This document shows positions 29,463 to 40,200 of a stretch of DNA of 64,000 nucleotides, one piece after another (the first letter of the stretch is position 1; each line of letters begins with the position of its first letter). Under the pieces are notes generated by a model. That model saw only the letters and a program-made list of their open reading frames with translations, was not told the DNA's origin and made no database searches. The stretch covers positions 736,001-800,000 of the forward strand of contig JAVLKG010000001.1 of assembly GCA_032128875.1 (NCBI GenBank). Reading direction: 5' to 3'. Position numbers and translations under genes: made by a program. This stretch comes from Candidatus Melainabacteria bacterium 17Bon1m (GTDB lineage: Bacteria; Cyanobacteriota; Vampirovibrionia; Obscuribacterales; Obscuribacteraceae).

Positions 29463-31622
29463 TCAGTCCACTTCTTTGCCGCTGCTGTAGAAGCTTCTGC
29501 CAGTTGCCGCCATCTGTTTTAGATACGGACTGACCTCGCGATGAGGACCCGGTTCTTTGTAGATTTCTTCCAATTTTTCAATGATGTACGGAATGCCGAG
29601 CGAGTCCGCATAGCGCAGAAGTCCGCCGCGGAAGGGTGGAAAGCCCATCCCCAAGACAGTCGCAACATCGACTTCCCGCGGTCTGCGAACGACTTTTTCG
29701 TCCAAGCAGCGTGCGGCTTCATCAATCATAGGCAGCAAAATGTGTTCTGCTAATTTCTTGCATTCTTCTTGGGGAGCCTTTTCGCTGCTGACGTTCAGTT
29801 TCAAAATGTTAGTCAGGTCAGGATCCATTCCGATGTTTCTGCCGGACTCATCCCAGTTGTAGAGTCCCTTGCCGTGTCGTTTTCCTATGATGCCAATGTC
29901 CTTGACACCTTTCAGGCAAGCCGGCTTCTTAAAGCGTTCGCCGAAATTGTCTTGCAATGAATCAGCAACAAGCAGTGCGACATCCATTCCGACTTCATCT
30001 GTGACACCCCATGGTCCAAGCGGCATTCCAAAGTCTATCGCGGCGTCGTCGATCCAGTTGATTGCTGTGCCGAGGTCGACCAATCTGGCTGCTTCATTTA
30101 TGTAGCAGCACAACAGTCTGTTGACGAGAAAGCAGGTGCTGTCCTTAATTGGCAGAGGCAATTTGTCTAGCGCCGCAAGGAAAGAAAGCACTTTAGATTG
30201 GCTTTCCCGTCCGGCATTTTTCGCTGGAATGACTTCCACCAAAGGCATTCTGTCGACCGGATGAAAGAAGTGGATGCCGAAGAACTCGTGCTTGGCTGCG
30301 AGTGTTTCTACCAGCTTGTTCACCGAGAGTGAGGATGTGTTGGTAGCGACGATCGCCGTGGGTTTCAAAAGCGGCAAGACCTTCGAAAGTATCTCAATCT
30401 TAGTCTCGAAAACCTCAGCGCATGCTTCTACCAGTAAATCAACGTTAGCCAGGTCTTCATACGAATTAGCCGATTTGATCGAGCCGAACGTTCTGACATT
30501 TTCATCTTCAGCGTTGGATTTTTCTGCACGGTTGACGTTGTTTGTGACAGTCTCCAACATCAGTTCTTGGCGGTCTGCGCTGGCGGATTTAACGACGACG
30601 TCAAATCCTCTTATGGCGGCCCAGCTCGCGATGTTGGTACCCATGATGCCACCACCAATGATGCCGACCGATTTAATTGGTTCTGACCCTTGCTTGGCTG
30701 CTTTCGCAGAAGCAGACATCTTGTAGAACTCTGTGGTGAAAAAGAGGAAGATCAAATTTCGCGCAATTTCGCTGAAAGAAAGTTCTGCAAATGCACGTGC
30801 CTCAAATTCATGACCTTTGTCCATGCCTTGAGTGAGCCCGGTTTTGATTGATTCGAGTGCCTTAACCGGTGCAGGATAATTGCCTTTTGTTTTGATGCGC
30901 AGTGTGCGCTCCATCATCTTGAAGTATTTTTCTTGTTTTTCAGGAGTGTCAGCGACGGCTCCGTGGGGAATGGATTTCCAGTCTGGTGCTGCTGCAAGTT
31001 CCAAACAAATTTCTTCTGCTCTGGGGATGAGCCTTTCCTTTTCGACCAGCTCGTCGAGGATGCCTAGCTCGAGAGCCTTTTTGGCACTTACGGTCTGCGC
31101 GAAAAGAATGAATTCGGTGGCTGCCCTTAAATCGATCAAACGCGGCAAACGTTGAGTGCCACCCAGTCCAGGAAGCAATCCAAGCTTCACTTCCGGAAGA
31201 CCAATGACTGTTTCGGGCGAGTCTGTCGCGATTCTGCGCGCACCGCTCAATGCCAGCTCGAGCCCACCGCCCAGACAGGTTCCATTAATTCCAAACACTG
31301 TAGGGATCGATAGATTTGTGATTCTTGTCAGAAGATCTTGCCCGCGCCTTGACATTGCATGCGCCTCTTCGACGTTCATCTTAAGAACTTCGTGCAGGTC
31401 GGCGCCGGAAACGAAATTACTTTCCTTAGCGGAAACCATGACAATACCCTTGATTTTCGGGTCTTTCTCAATCTCTGTGATGGCCGCTTCGAGCTGTCGA
31501 AGTACTTCGGTCGACAGCCAGTTTTCCTTTTGGCTGGAGTCGAAACTAATGAGTGCCAGACCGTTTGAGCGCTTTTCGAGAAGAACCAGTTTGCGCTCGG
31601 TTTCCAGAGATGCTTGTGTCAT
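29463..31622 (-). CDS. fadJ: Fatty acid oxidation complex alpha subunit (enoyl-CoA hydratase / 3-hydroxyacyl-CoA dehydrogenase)
   Basis: CLGGGLELAL, GLPEVKLGLLPG, GGGIMG, TNTSSL, HFFHPV and GFPPFRGG. Confidence 0.9.
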   Translation of the reverse strand: MTQASLETERKLVLLEKRSNGLALISFDSSQKENWLSTEVLRQLEAAITEIEKDPKIKGIVMVSAKESNFVSGADLHEVLKMNVEEAHAMSRRGQDLLTRITNLSIPTVFGINGTCLGGGLELALSGARRIATDSPETVIGLPEVKLGLLPGLGGTQRLPRLIDLRAATEFILFAQTVSAKKALELGILDELVEKERLIPRAEEICLELAAAPDWKSIPHGAVADTPEKQEKYFKMMERTLRIKTKGNYPAPVKALESIKTGLTQGMDKGHEFEARAFAELSFSEIARNLIFLFFTTEFYKMSASAKAAKQGSEPIKSVGIIGGGIMGTNIASWAAIRGFDVVVKSASADRQELMLETVTNNVNRAEKSNAEDENVRTFGSIKSANSYEDLANVDLLVEACAEVFETKIEILSKVLPLLKPTAIVATNTSSLSVNKLVETLAAKHEFFGIHFFHPVDRMPLVEVIPAKNAGRESQSKVLSFLAALDKLPLPIKDSTCFLVNRLLCCYINEAARLVDLGTAINWIDDAAIDFGMPLGPWGVTDEVGMDVALLVADSLQDNFGERFKKPACLKGVKDIGIIGKRHGKGLYNWDESGRNIGMDPDLTNILKLNVSSEKAPQEECKKLAEHILLPMIDEAARCLDEKVVRRPREVDVATVLGMGFPPFRGGLLRYADSLGIPYIIEKLEEIYKEPGPHREVSPYLKQMAATGRSFYSSGKEVD

Positions 31623-31704
31623 GTTAATTCCCAGGTTTTTGCCAAGATTGACCGACCTAGTCTACTAGCCAGGGCCGAAGTTTCCTTCAAAAACCAGGAA
31701 TAGC

Positions 31705-32259
31705 TTAACTATCCTTTTCCTTCCGGATTTGCTTGATTTCTTTCTTCAGCACTTCCTCTACGCCCTTTGGACCACCCATGCCTTTGAGCAACAGTGCGCC
31801 GCCGACGGCGAATGGAAGCAATATCATTACCATGCTCAGCAACGGAATATTGGCGAAATTCATACGCAACGAGGACAGAATGGAAAAGAAGATAAGGGCT
31901 ACAGAACCGGCTGTTATCGCCCATCCTGCCCGGGCTTTGGAGTCGTAAAACATCCAGCCGATGCCAAACATAAGAGGAACAAGCAGCAAACCAAAACCGC
32001 CACTGCCAAATCCAAGCATGCCCATGACACCAGAGCCTACTGTTACGTGCTGGAACATCATCAGCACACCGATGCCGATTAGACCCAAACCGCCGAAATA
32101 GCACAAGTCCGATTTGACCGTCGTAGCCGGTGTTTGCGAACCACCGGTCGTGAGAGTGGTTGATTTGTTGTCGGACGCGAGTTGACCCGGGGACTCTTTA
32201 AGGACTGAGGTTTCCAGCTCGAGGAGCTTCTTCTTAATCTCTTCTTCCTTGCGGTTCAT
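31705..32259 (-). CDS. Hypothetical membrane protein (about 4 TM)
   Basis: GGAGG RBS; Gly-rich hydrophobic segments between charged termini. Confidence 0.75.
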   Translation of the reverse strand: MNRKEEEIKKKLLELETSVLKESPGQLASDNKSTTLTTGGSQTPATTVKSDLCYFGGLGLIGIGVLMMFQHVTVGSGVMGMLGFGSGGFGLLLVPLMFGIGWMFYDSKARAGWAITAGSVALIFFSILSSLRMNFANIPLLSMVMILLPFAVGGALLLKGMGGPKGVEEVLKKEIKQIRKEKDS

Positions 32260-32434
32260 TGGACCTCCAGGCAGTCCTGAAAAACGTTGGCTGCAGGGCG
32301 CATAGCTACTTATTCAATTATTTGGAACAGGTGCTGCAACCAACAAAAAGCGACAAATTAAATAACAATCGAATCACTACCCAATAATGGTTGCAACCAG
32401 CATAGCACCGAATTTAGGCGGAGCCGGAAGGGGC

Positions 32435-34198
32435 TTATCCGGAGGCGCCTGCGCCGGTTTGCGCCGTTGCCTTTTCTTGAAAGCGCTGGGCAATTGGCAT
32501 TCGCCAACCCATCCCGAAGGCGCGTGACGAAACCTTCAATCCCGGCGCCGCCTGTTTGCGTTTGTACTCGTTGCGATCGATGCGGTTGATAACGTCCTGC
32601 ACCACCTCGGGGCGATAGCCGAGTCTTATGATTTCATCCGGTTTGCGCCGTTGTTCTACATATGCGTGCAAAATGCCGTCCAATATCACATATGGTGGCA
32701 GGCTATCCTGATCGAGCTGGTTGGGGCGCAACTCTGCAGAGGGTGGCTTGTCTATCGTGCTTACAGGAATAATGGGCTTCCCGGCTTCTTCGTTGATATA
32801 TCGGGCGACGTCGTAGACCATCATTTTGGGAAGGTCTGATATCACGGCGAGGCCGCCGCACATGTCACCATATAGAGTGCAATAACCGACAGCTAGTTCT
32901 GACTTGTTGCCGGTGGCGAGTACCAGATGACCAAACTTGTTGGAAGCCGCCATCAGGATCGCGCCGCGTATCCTTGCCTGGATGTTCTCTTCGGTAACAT
33001 CCCGCTCTCGCCCGGCAAAGAGCGGAGACAGCATGGTGTCATAGGCATTCATTGCAGGTTCAATGGGCACAATGTGAAACTCGATGCCCAGAGTTTCTGC
33101 CAGCTCTCTGGCATCATCAATAGAATGTTGGGAGGAAAACGGCGAAGGCATGGCGATACCCATTACGTTTTCTTTGCCCACAGCTTTTACCGCAATGGCA
33201 GCGGTTACTGCCGAATCGATACCGCCGGAAAGTCCAATCACAGCTTTCTTAAATCCGCATTTGCGCATGTAGTCGCGCGTTCCCAAGACAAGGGCCGCAA
33301 GCGTGTTGACGGTTCTGTCTGAGGAAAATTCGGTAATTTCTCCCGACAGTTTTAGAGACGACTCTTTCCTTATTTTGCCTGGTGCAATCTTTGCTTCCGT
33401 CTCTTTCGCTTTTGACGCTTTCTCTTCTTCTGTTTCTCTCTGCTCTACATCTACATAGATCAAGTCTTCTTCAAAAGCCTTTGCCATGGCGATTAACTCG
33501 CCCCGTTCGCTCATAACAAACGACCGACCATCAAAGATCAATTGATCGTTTCCACCAACGCTGTTTACATAAATCATCGGCAGCTGGTGACGTCGAGTCT
33601 GTTCTTTCACAAGTTCTAAGCGAATATGTTCTTTCCCAACGGCAAACGGTGACGCCGAAATATTGATAAGAAGGTCCGGTTTTTTCTCGCTAAGGAGTTG
33701 CAGCGGATCAATTTGATAGGAGAGTTTTTCCAATATATCGCCACGAGTCCAGATGTCTTCGCAAATGGAAAGCCCCACGCTTAAGTCTTTGAGGTGAATG
33801 GGCGTGTGTTGTGTAGCCGGTTGGAAATAGCGATCTTCGTCAAATACATCGTATGTTGGCAGCAATGTTTTGTGCTGAACTGCCTTGATAGCACCATCTT
33901 CAATGAATGCGCAGGCGTTGAATAGATGCCGTCCTTTGCCATGATTTACATCAACGAAACCAACGATTGCAGCAATGGGCAACTTCTCTTTTAGGCTGTG
34001 CAAACCCTCCAAGTTGGCCTGAATAAAGCTATCTTTGAGAAGCAAGTCTAAAGGCGGGTAGCCCGCGACGGCGAGTTCCGGAAAGACAATCAAATCTGCC
34101 CCGGCGGCTTTGGCCCGATTGGCGAATTCCAGCATTTTGTCTGTATTGCCGGTAATGTCACCGACCGTGGTGTTAATTTGTCCGAGCGCGATTTTCAT
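32435..34198 (-). CDS. nadE: Glutamine-dependent NAD+ synthetase
   Basis: Nitrilase-like domain (FPEL, ICED) plus GLSGGIDS, ENIQARIRG, TGNKSE and PSAEL. Confidence 0.96.
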   Translation of the reverse strand: MKIALGQINTTVGDITGNTDKMLEFANRAKAAGADLIVFPELAVAGYPPLDLLLKDSFIQANLEGLHSLKEKLPIAAIVGFVDVNHGKGRHLFNACAFIEDGAIKAVQHKTLLPTYDVFDEDRYFQPATQHTPIHLKDLSVGLSICEDIWTRGDILEKLSYQIDPLQLLSEKKPDLLINISASPFAVGKEHIRLELVKEQTRRHQLPMIYVNSVGGNDQLIFDGRSFVMSERGELIAMAKAFEEDLIYVDVEQRETEEEKASKAKETEAKIAPGKIRKESSLKLSGEITEFSSDRTVNTLAALVLGTRDYMRKCGFKKAVIGLSGGIDSAVTAAIAVKAVGKENVMGIAMPSPFSSQHSIDDARELAETLGIEFHIVPIEPAMNAYDTMLSPLFAGRERDVTEENIQARIRGAILMAASNKFGHLVLATGNKSELAVGYCTLYGDMCGGLAVISDLPKMMVYDVARYINEEAGKPIIPVSTIDKPPSAELRPNQLDQDSLPPYVILDGILHAYVEQRRKPDEIIRLGYRPEVVQDVINRIDRNEYKRKQAAPGLKVSSRAFGMGWRMPIAQRFQEKATAQTGAGASG

Positions 34199-34443
34199 TA
34201 GGTTGCCTTTACAGCTGTTTTTACAGTGCGTTTAACAAGCGGCCTTTCATGGGACATATTTATCAGGACACTCGTTCCAAGAAAAAGAATTATCGCAGTT
34301 TCTTGGGGATTGGGCTCAAAACTGCCCTGGGCGCCGGATCTAGCGGAAAAGAACAGGTTCTGCTTGAATAATAAAAGCCCATTCATTTTTAGAAGTAAGT
34401 AGCTATAATTGTTAAATCCCGTTTACTAGAAAGTAAGGTGTCC

Positions 34444-35949
34444 ATGAGCGGCTTAGTAGCTAAATCCTTAGCTAGCAAGGTGAAAACGCTTGCTATCACC
34501 GCCGTGTTTTCTGGTCTTTCAGTTGCATCGTCAACGCTTCCGATGCTGGCTCAAGTCTCTCATGAGGGAGTCGCAGCCGCAGGAACTCAGGCGCATGCGA
34601 CACATCACCTTTCGAGGCACTTGACCGGACCGGCAGACGGAGCCGGTCTTTGGCTCAATATGTGGAATTATCCGCTGCCAGAGAATGCAGATGCTTACTG
34701 CAAGAAGATGCACAATCATGGGATTCGCAATCTTTTCGTCCAAACTTCCCGCAGCACTACGCCAGCTATCTGTGAGCCGGCGCGTTTAAGCGCCTTGATT
34801 GATGCGGCGCACCGCTACAAAATACGGGTTATTTGCTGGGGCTATCACGAGCTGGCCAATCCGGCAGTCGATGCAGCCAAGATGATTGCGGCAGCTAAAT
34901 TCACCAGCGAGCGCGGAGATCATATTGATGCTGTTGCACCCAACCTGGAGAAAAATCTTGATGCCAAGGCTGTAGAAGCCTATCTCAAAGACATTCGTGC
35001 TGCGATCGGACCGAATATGCCGATTATGGCCGTCGTCTACAGCCCTCTGAATAGAGCTCCCCAGGTCGCGAAAACCCCTTGGAAGTTGCTCGCAAAATAT
35101 TGCGACATCATTGCGCCGATGGCATACTGGAACTCCAAATGGCAGAAATATTCAGCCTATGAGTACACCTGGTCGACGGTCAAAATGGTTCGCCAGTTGA
35201 GCGGTAAGCCGGATGTTGAGGTTCACGTTATCGGTGACGGCATGGGCACGAAAGCCGATTCCATCAACGATTTCATGCGCGCTTGCAAGGCTGCCGAAGC
35301 AACGTCAGCCAGTTTGTATCCGAATCACCAGCCGACAGACGAGCAGCTAATCTGCCTCTCGAAGTATTTCGAGTATTTCCCTGTCAACTCCCGCTACCGC
35401 CTCTTCGCCCTTCGCGAACTGACAGCCTCCGGCGTTATTGAGCCGTTGGCGATGGGTGATCCTGCTGCTTCCATCTCGCGTGGAGACTTCTATGTTCTCG
35501 TCCTACGCCAGTTGGACCGACACAATGTTTTAGCCAAGCGCTCGCCTCTGGAGCGGACCTCCTTGCCCTTGGACGTGACCAAAGTTGGTGCTTACAAACT
35601 TCTTGCTCGCGTTAAAGCGGTTGAAGCGAAGGGGTTGGAGCTGGCTTCGGAAGAGTCCTTGGACGACTATCTTCGTCGCCCAATGTGGCCACGTGAGGCT
35701 CTTGAGCTTGTCGCCCGCCTGGTGGAAGTTCAAACAAGCTTAAAACGCCTGCCGCCGACAGTGATTGAGCACTATGCTCGTGCTTACCGCGGGACTGCTG
35801 TCGCTCGAAAAGACGGCGAGGTCAATGGTTGGCTAGGGCAACCCGCATTTGCGGAACGTCCGAGCGCTCAGAACGCCCCTGGGGCTCGCCCTCTCAGCTA
35901 TCTCGACGCCGCCCAGATCTCCCTGGATGCTGTCTCCGGCTTGAGATAA
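34444..35949 (+). CDS. Exported protein with glycoside-hydrolase-like barrel and degenerate SLH-like C-terminus
   Basis: Signal peptide; GxWxxxW, GIRNLFVQ, LIDAAH..KI.V..W and DIIAPMAYW; C-terminal 'SGVI...DP..SISRGDF' and related motifs. Confidence 0.6.
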   Translation: MSGLVAKSLASKVKTLAITAVFSGLSVASSTLPMLAQVSHEGVAAAGTQAHATHHLSRHLTGPADGAGLWLNMWNYPLPENADAYCKKMHNHGIRNLFVQTSRSTTPAICEPARLSALIDAAHRYKIRVICWGYHELANPAVDAAKMIAAAKFTSERGDHIDAVAPNLEKNLDAKAVEAYLKDIRAAIGPNMPIMAVVYSPLNRAPQVAKTPWKLLAKYCDIIAPMAYWNSKWQKYSAYEYTWSTVKMVRQLSGKPDVEVHVIGDGMGTKADSINDFMRACKAAEATSASLYPNHQPTDEQLICLSKYFEYFPVNSRYRLFALRELTASGVIEPLAMGDPAASISRGDFYVLVLRQLDRHNVLAKRSPLERTSLPLDVTKVGAYKLLARVKAVEAKGLELASEESLDDYLRRPMWPREALELVARLVEVQTSLKRLPPTVIEHYARAYRGTAVARKDGEVNGWLGQPAFAERPSAQNAPGARPLSYLDAAQISLDAVSGLR

Positions 35950-36303
35950 CCCGATCTCATTCATTGAAAACTTGAAAGTCGCTTTCATGCGGCTTACGAT
36001 CACGCCGGAAATGCCGCTGACTACCATGGCGCAAATGCCGCCCCAGCCAAGGGATTGCAATCGGCCTTTCAAGGGATCAAAATGAAGTTAAAGCCGAAGT
36101 GTTGAGGTGATTATTTGCCGGACACGGGTACAAAACTGGTAAGTAATTCGACCGAAACTTTGGCAAATCCAAGGTTCATAACTGGTTAGAAATTGACGAT
36201 TTTCGACAGAACAACATCACCGGCATGACGAGCGAGCGCGGAGGCACTCGGCTCACGTGGCCGGTTTTACATTTATAGTCCCCCTCTGAAAGGAGGTTTG
36301 ATC

Positions 36304-36891
36304 ATGCAAGTGACCGTAACCGGGCGCAATATCGAGCTTACTCCGGCCCTCAAAGATTATTTGGTAGACAAGTTAGCTCGAGCGCAAAAACACTTCGATC
36401 ATGCTCTCAGCATTACAGCCCTGCTCAGCGTAGCCAAGAATAAATCGATCGCCAATAATCAAACGGCTGAAATAACGATCAGTCTTAACGGCTCGGTTAT
36501 TCGAGGAGAAGAGTCGACCGAGAATATGTACGCCTCCATCGATTTGGTCGCAGACAAAATTGAGCGTCAGCTGCGTAAGTACAAGACAAGGTATTGGCAT
36601 AAGGGCAATAAAGGCAAGGACAGGGGGGAACACAGTCCACCTGTTGACGTCAGTCCGTCTGAGGACGACGATTTCGCCGTTCAGAAAGAGATTGCCCTGG
36701 AGGACATCAAGCCGAAAATTGTTCGCTCGAAGCGCTTCCCATTGAAGCCGATGTTGCCTGAAGAAGCCTGCAAGCATATGGATCTGCTCGGACATGACTT
36801 CTTTATGTTCATCAACTCCGAGACACAACAAGTCAACACTGTTTATCACAGACGCGACGGCAATTACGGTTTGATCGAACCCGAGGCATAA
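36304..36891 (+). CDS. hpf: Ribosome hibernation promoting factor, long HPF/RaiA
   Basis: VTGRNIELTPAL, NMYASIDLV.DKIERQLRKYK and KPM..EEA..MDLLGHDF...YHRRDGNYGLIEP. Confidence 0.96.
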   Translation: MQVTVTGRNIELTPALKDYLVDKLARAQKHFDHALSITALLSVAKNKSIANNQTAEITISLNGSVIRGEESTENMYASIDLVADKIERQLRKYKTRYWHKGNKGKDRGEHSPPVDVSPSEDDDFAVQKEIALEDIKPKIVRSKRFPLKPMLPEEACKHMDLLGHDFFMFINSETQQVNTVYHRRDGNYGLIEPEA

Positions 36892-37265
36892 ATCCGGGTC
36901 TGCTTGAAAACCAAAGTGGCAATTTGTTTGCTCTAGCTGTTTCCGCAGCTTCTATTGCGGCGCACTGGGGCGGGCGTTTGCCGCACTTTGCAGCGCTTTG
37001 AAAAATCAACGACAGCAAAAGGCAAGCTTCTGGTTTGAAAATTCAGCACCCGATTTCGCGGAGCACCAAAAAGCGCGATATTGCGTGTTGGGTGTCTGAG
37101 TTTTCAGGAGATCAGGAAAAATCCTGTGGCTATATAAATAGATTCAATTAAAATCCATTCTTGGTATGCTGTGAGAGCCTGCGGGGGTCAACCTTCCGGG
37201 TGGTTAGTAACGGCGTATTCAAACGGCTAAAAATTGAATCGCGATTTTTCGAGGGGCGTAGAGCG

Positions 37266-40200
37266 GTGTCATCCATTTCAGATCGTGGTGTAGCAAAACG
37301 AATTTTTCTTTCGCTTTTGGTTGCAGGGACAGTATTCATAGGTCCATCATCAATAAGCGCATATGCCGATGCAAACGCTGTAATCGGCATGAATAATGAG
37401 GGTGTAAAGGCGCTCAATGCGGGCAATTTTGCACTAGCGATTCAAAAATTCGAAGCAGCGTTGCAGATGGATAAGTCCTATCAGCTAGCGCGAGAAAACC
37501 TCGCGATCGCTCACAACAACTATGGACTGCAGCTCGCGAAGAGCAATCCGCAAGAAGCGCTCAAGCAGTTTCACCAGGCGTACTATTTAAATAAGACGAA
37601 TGCCACCACTGCGCAAAACGTGGAAGGCATTATTAGAATGCTCGGAAAAGATCCGCGCGATTTCAAAACGCGTATTCAGATGGCTGATCAAGCCCGCATG
37701 TCCGGTGACTTTGTCGGCGCAATTGTTGAGTACGCAGAAGCGCTCAAGATCAAAGACGATGCGAAGATTCACGTGAAACTCGGCGATGTGTATCGTGTCC
37801 GCGATAACGTTGATGATGCGATCAAAGAGTATCAAGCGGCTGCGCGCTCAGGCGACAGCGCTGAAGTTGAAGTAAAGCTTGGGCAAGCGCTGCAAGCGAA
37901 AGGAGACCTTCCAAATGCTGTTGTTGCTTTCGGAAAAGCGCTTGCATTTAAGCCCGATGACAGCGATACATTAGATGCGCTGCAAGCGGCATGGGAAGAC
38001 GCTCTCAAAAAAGATCCATTGGCGCCAGATAATCACATCGGTCTTGGACAAGCATTGCAATTCCGCGGTGACTTCGGTGGTGCTACAGCAGAGTATAAGC
38101 AAGCAATTCAATTGTCGAAGGGCAATAATCCAACCGCTCAAAAGTTGTTGAATGCGTTGCCTGAGGTAATCAGGAAAGCAACAATCGACAAGTACATCAA
38201 TAATGGTGTCGACTTGCAGAGTAAAGGATTGCTGGAGCCCGCTCTGGAGTCATATAACAAAGCCCTTCAGAGCGATCCCAACAATGCTGCCATCTGGGTA
38301 AACATCGGAACTGTTTATCAAGCGAAGAAGGACTATTCCAAAGCTGTTGAAGCGTATCAAAAAGCATTGACTCTGGATCCTAGAAACACAGCCGCTGCAG
38401 AAGGTTTCAAAAGCTGCCAGGATCTCATGCAAGAGCAGCAGATTACGGCGTCGGAAAATGCTGCCGGAGATGCTTACAAACAAGGACGTTACGAAGAGGC
38501 GCTCAAGATCTATGGTTCTCTGATCCAAAAGGATCCCAAGAACGCAGCCTACTACTATAACCGTGGTGCTGCGCAGCAGATGTTGAAACAGTTTGACTTG
38601 GCGATGGCTGATTACAATCAGGCGATGAGTCTTGATCCGAAGAACAAGACATACAGCGATGCCATGGATTCGGCGAAGAAGGCTAAAGTTGATCCGATCA
38701 TTGCGGATGCTGTGGCAAAGCACAAAGCTGAGGACTATCAGGGAGCAATTGCAGGCTATCAACAAGCGCTTGCGATTCAGCCTAATAACGCTCCTCTCTG
38801 GTTCAACCTGGCCAGTGCACAGTATGCGATGGAAGACTATTCTCGCGCACGCGACTCGTATCAAAAGGCGTTAGAAGTTGATCCTAAAGGTCAGGTTGAC
38901 GATCTGTATTTGATCGCGGTTATCGATGAACACTATGGAAAAGGCCCGCAGGCGCAGGGTGAATACTTGCGTTATATGTCGCAAGCTCCCAATGGAAAGT
39001 ACGCTGCTCAAGCTAAAGAGCGTGTTACTGCACTAAACAAAGGCGAGCCTCCGCAGAAGATCAAGGGCAAGGCGGAAATCGCCGCTGAGAAATCTGCTGA
39101 CGATGCGTATCAGGCAGCAATGAATTTGAGCAATGCCGGCAAGATGGATGATGCGATTGCACAGATTCAAAAAGCGATTGCAGCTCAGCCGAAATATGCA
39201 GACTACTATGCGGTTTACGGTTCCTTCTTGCAAAAGCAAGGTAAATTCGACGAGGCGATGGCGCAGTACAAACAGGCCGCATCAATCGATCCGAAGAACC
39301 CCAAAAACCAAGAATATTTGAATGCTGTCAACGATGCGCAGGGTGACAAAGTGGCACCGATTGCAGATGCTGCTGTAAAGCTCCAGCAAGAAGGCAAGCT
39401 GCAAGAGGCAATCGCCAAGTATCAGGAAGCGATCGCAATTCTTCCAAACAACGGTGCGCTCTGGAGAAACATGGGCAGTGCGTATCAAGCTGCCGACGAT
39501 TTCAACAATGCGTTTAACGCCTATAAGAAAGCATATGCTGCCGACCCGAAGGGCGAAGTAAACTGCCTTTATTTCATGGCAGTGATTGATGAAAACTACA
39601 AACGCGGTCAAGCAGCGTTTGACAAATACAATCAATACAAGCGCGAAGCGCCTGCCGGCCAGTTCATCAAAGAAGCTAATGCGCGTATCGCTGCGTTAAG
39701 CAAAAACGTCGCTGACACTATTGCAATGCAGACTCAAGCTGAAGCAAAAGCTGATGCTGAGGTTCAAAAACTCATTCAACAAGCAGCTGATGCATACAAT
39801 CAGAAGAATTATGACGTGGCAATTGGTTTGTACCAGCAAATCGCCCAGCTAAAGCCGAAAGAGCCTTCCATACCGTTTTCACTTGGTGCTATTTATCAAA
39901 GCAAGGAAGATTGGAATAATGCTGTCCAGTTTTTCCAACAAGCTGTAAACATGGATCCGAAGAACAAGCAATATGCTGAAGCTTTGGCGGCTGCAAAGGC
40001 GAGTGCCGTTGGACCTGTAATGCAAGAGGGCTATCAAAAGCAAACCGCTGGTGATTTCGCCGGCGCAATTCCTCTGTATGAGAAAGGCTTGCAGCAATAT
40101 CCAAACAATGCCGCCGGTTGGACAAGTTTGGCTGCTTGCTATCAAGCAACTGATGCGTTCCAAAAAGCTTACGATGCATACAAAAAAGGTTATGACCTTG

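Noticed and set aside
36060-36300. raiA motif RNA upstream of hpf
   Set aside because: I see only one hairpin plus an RBS stem and cannot recognise the multi-stem raiA motif; an Rfam scan is needed.
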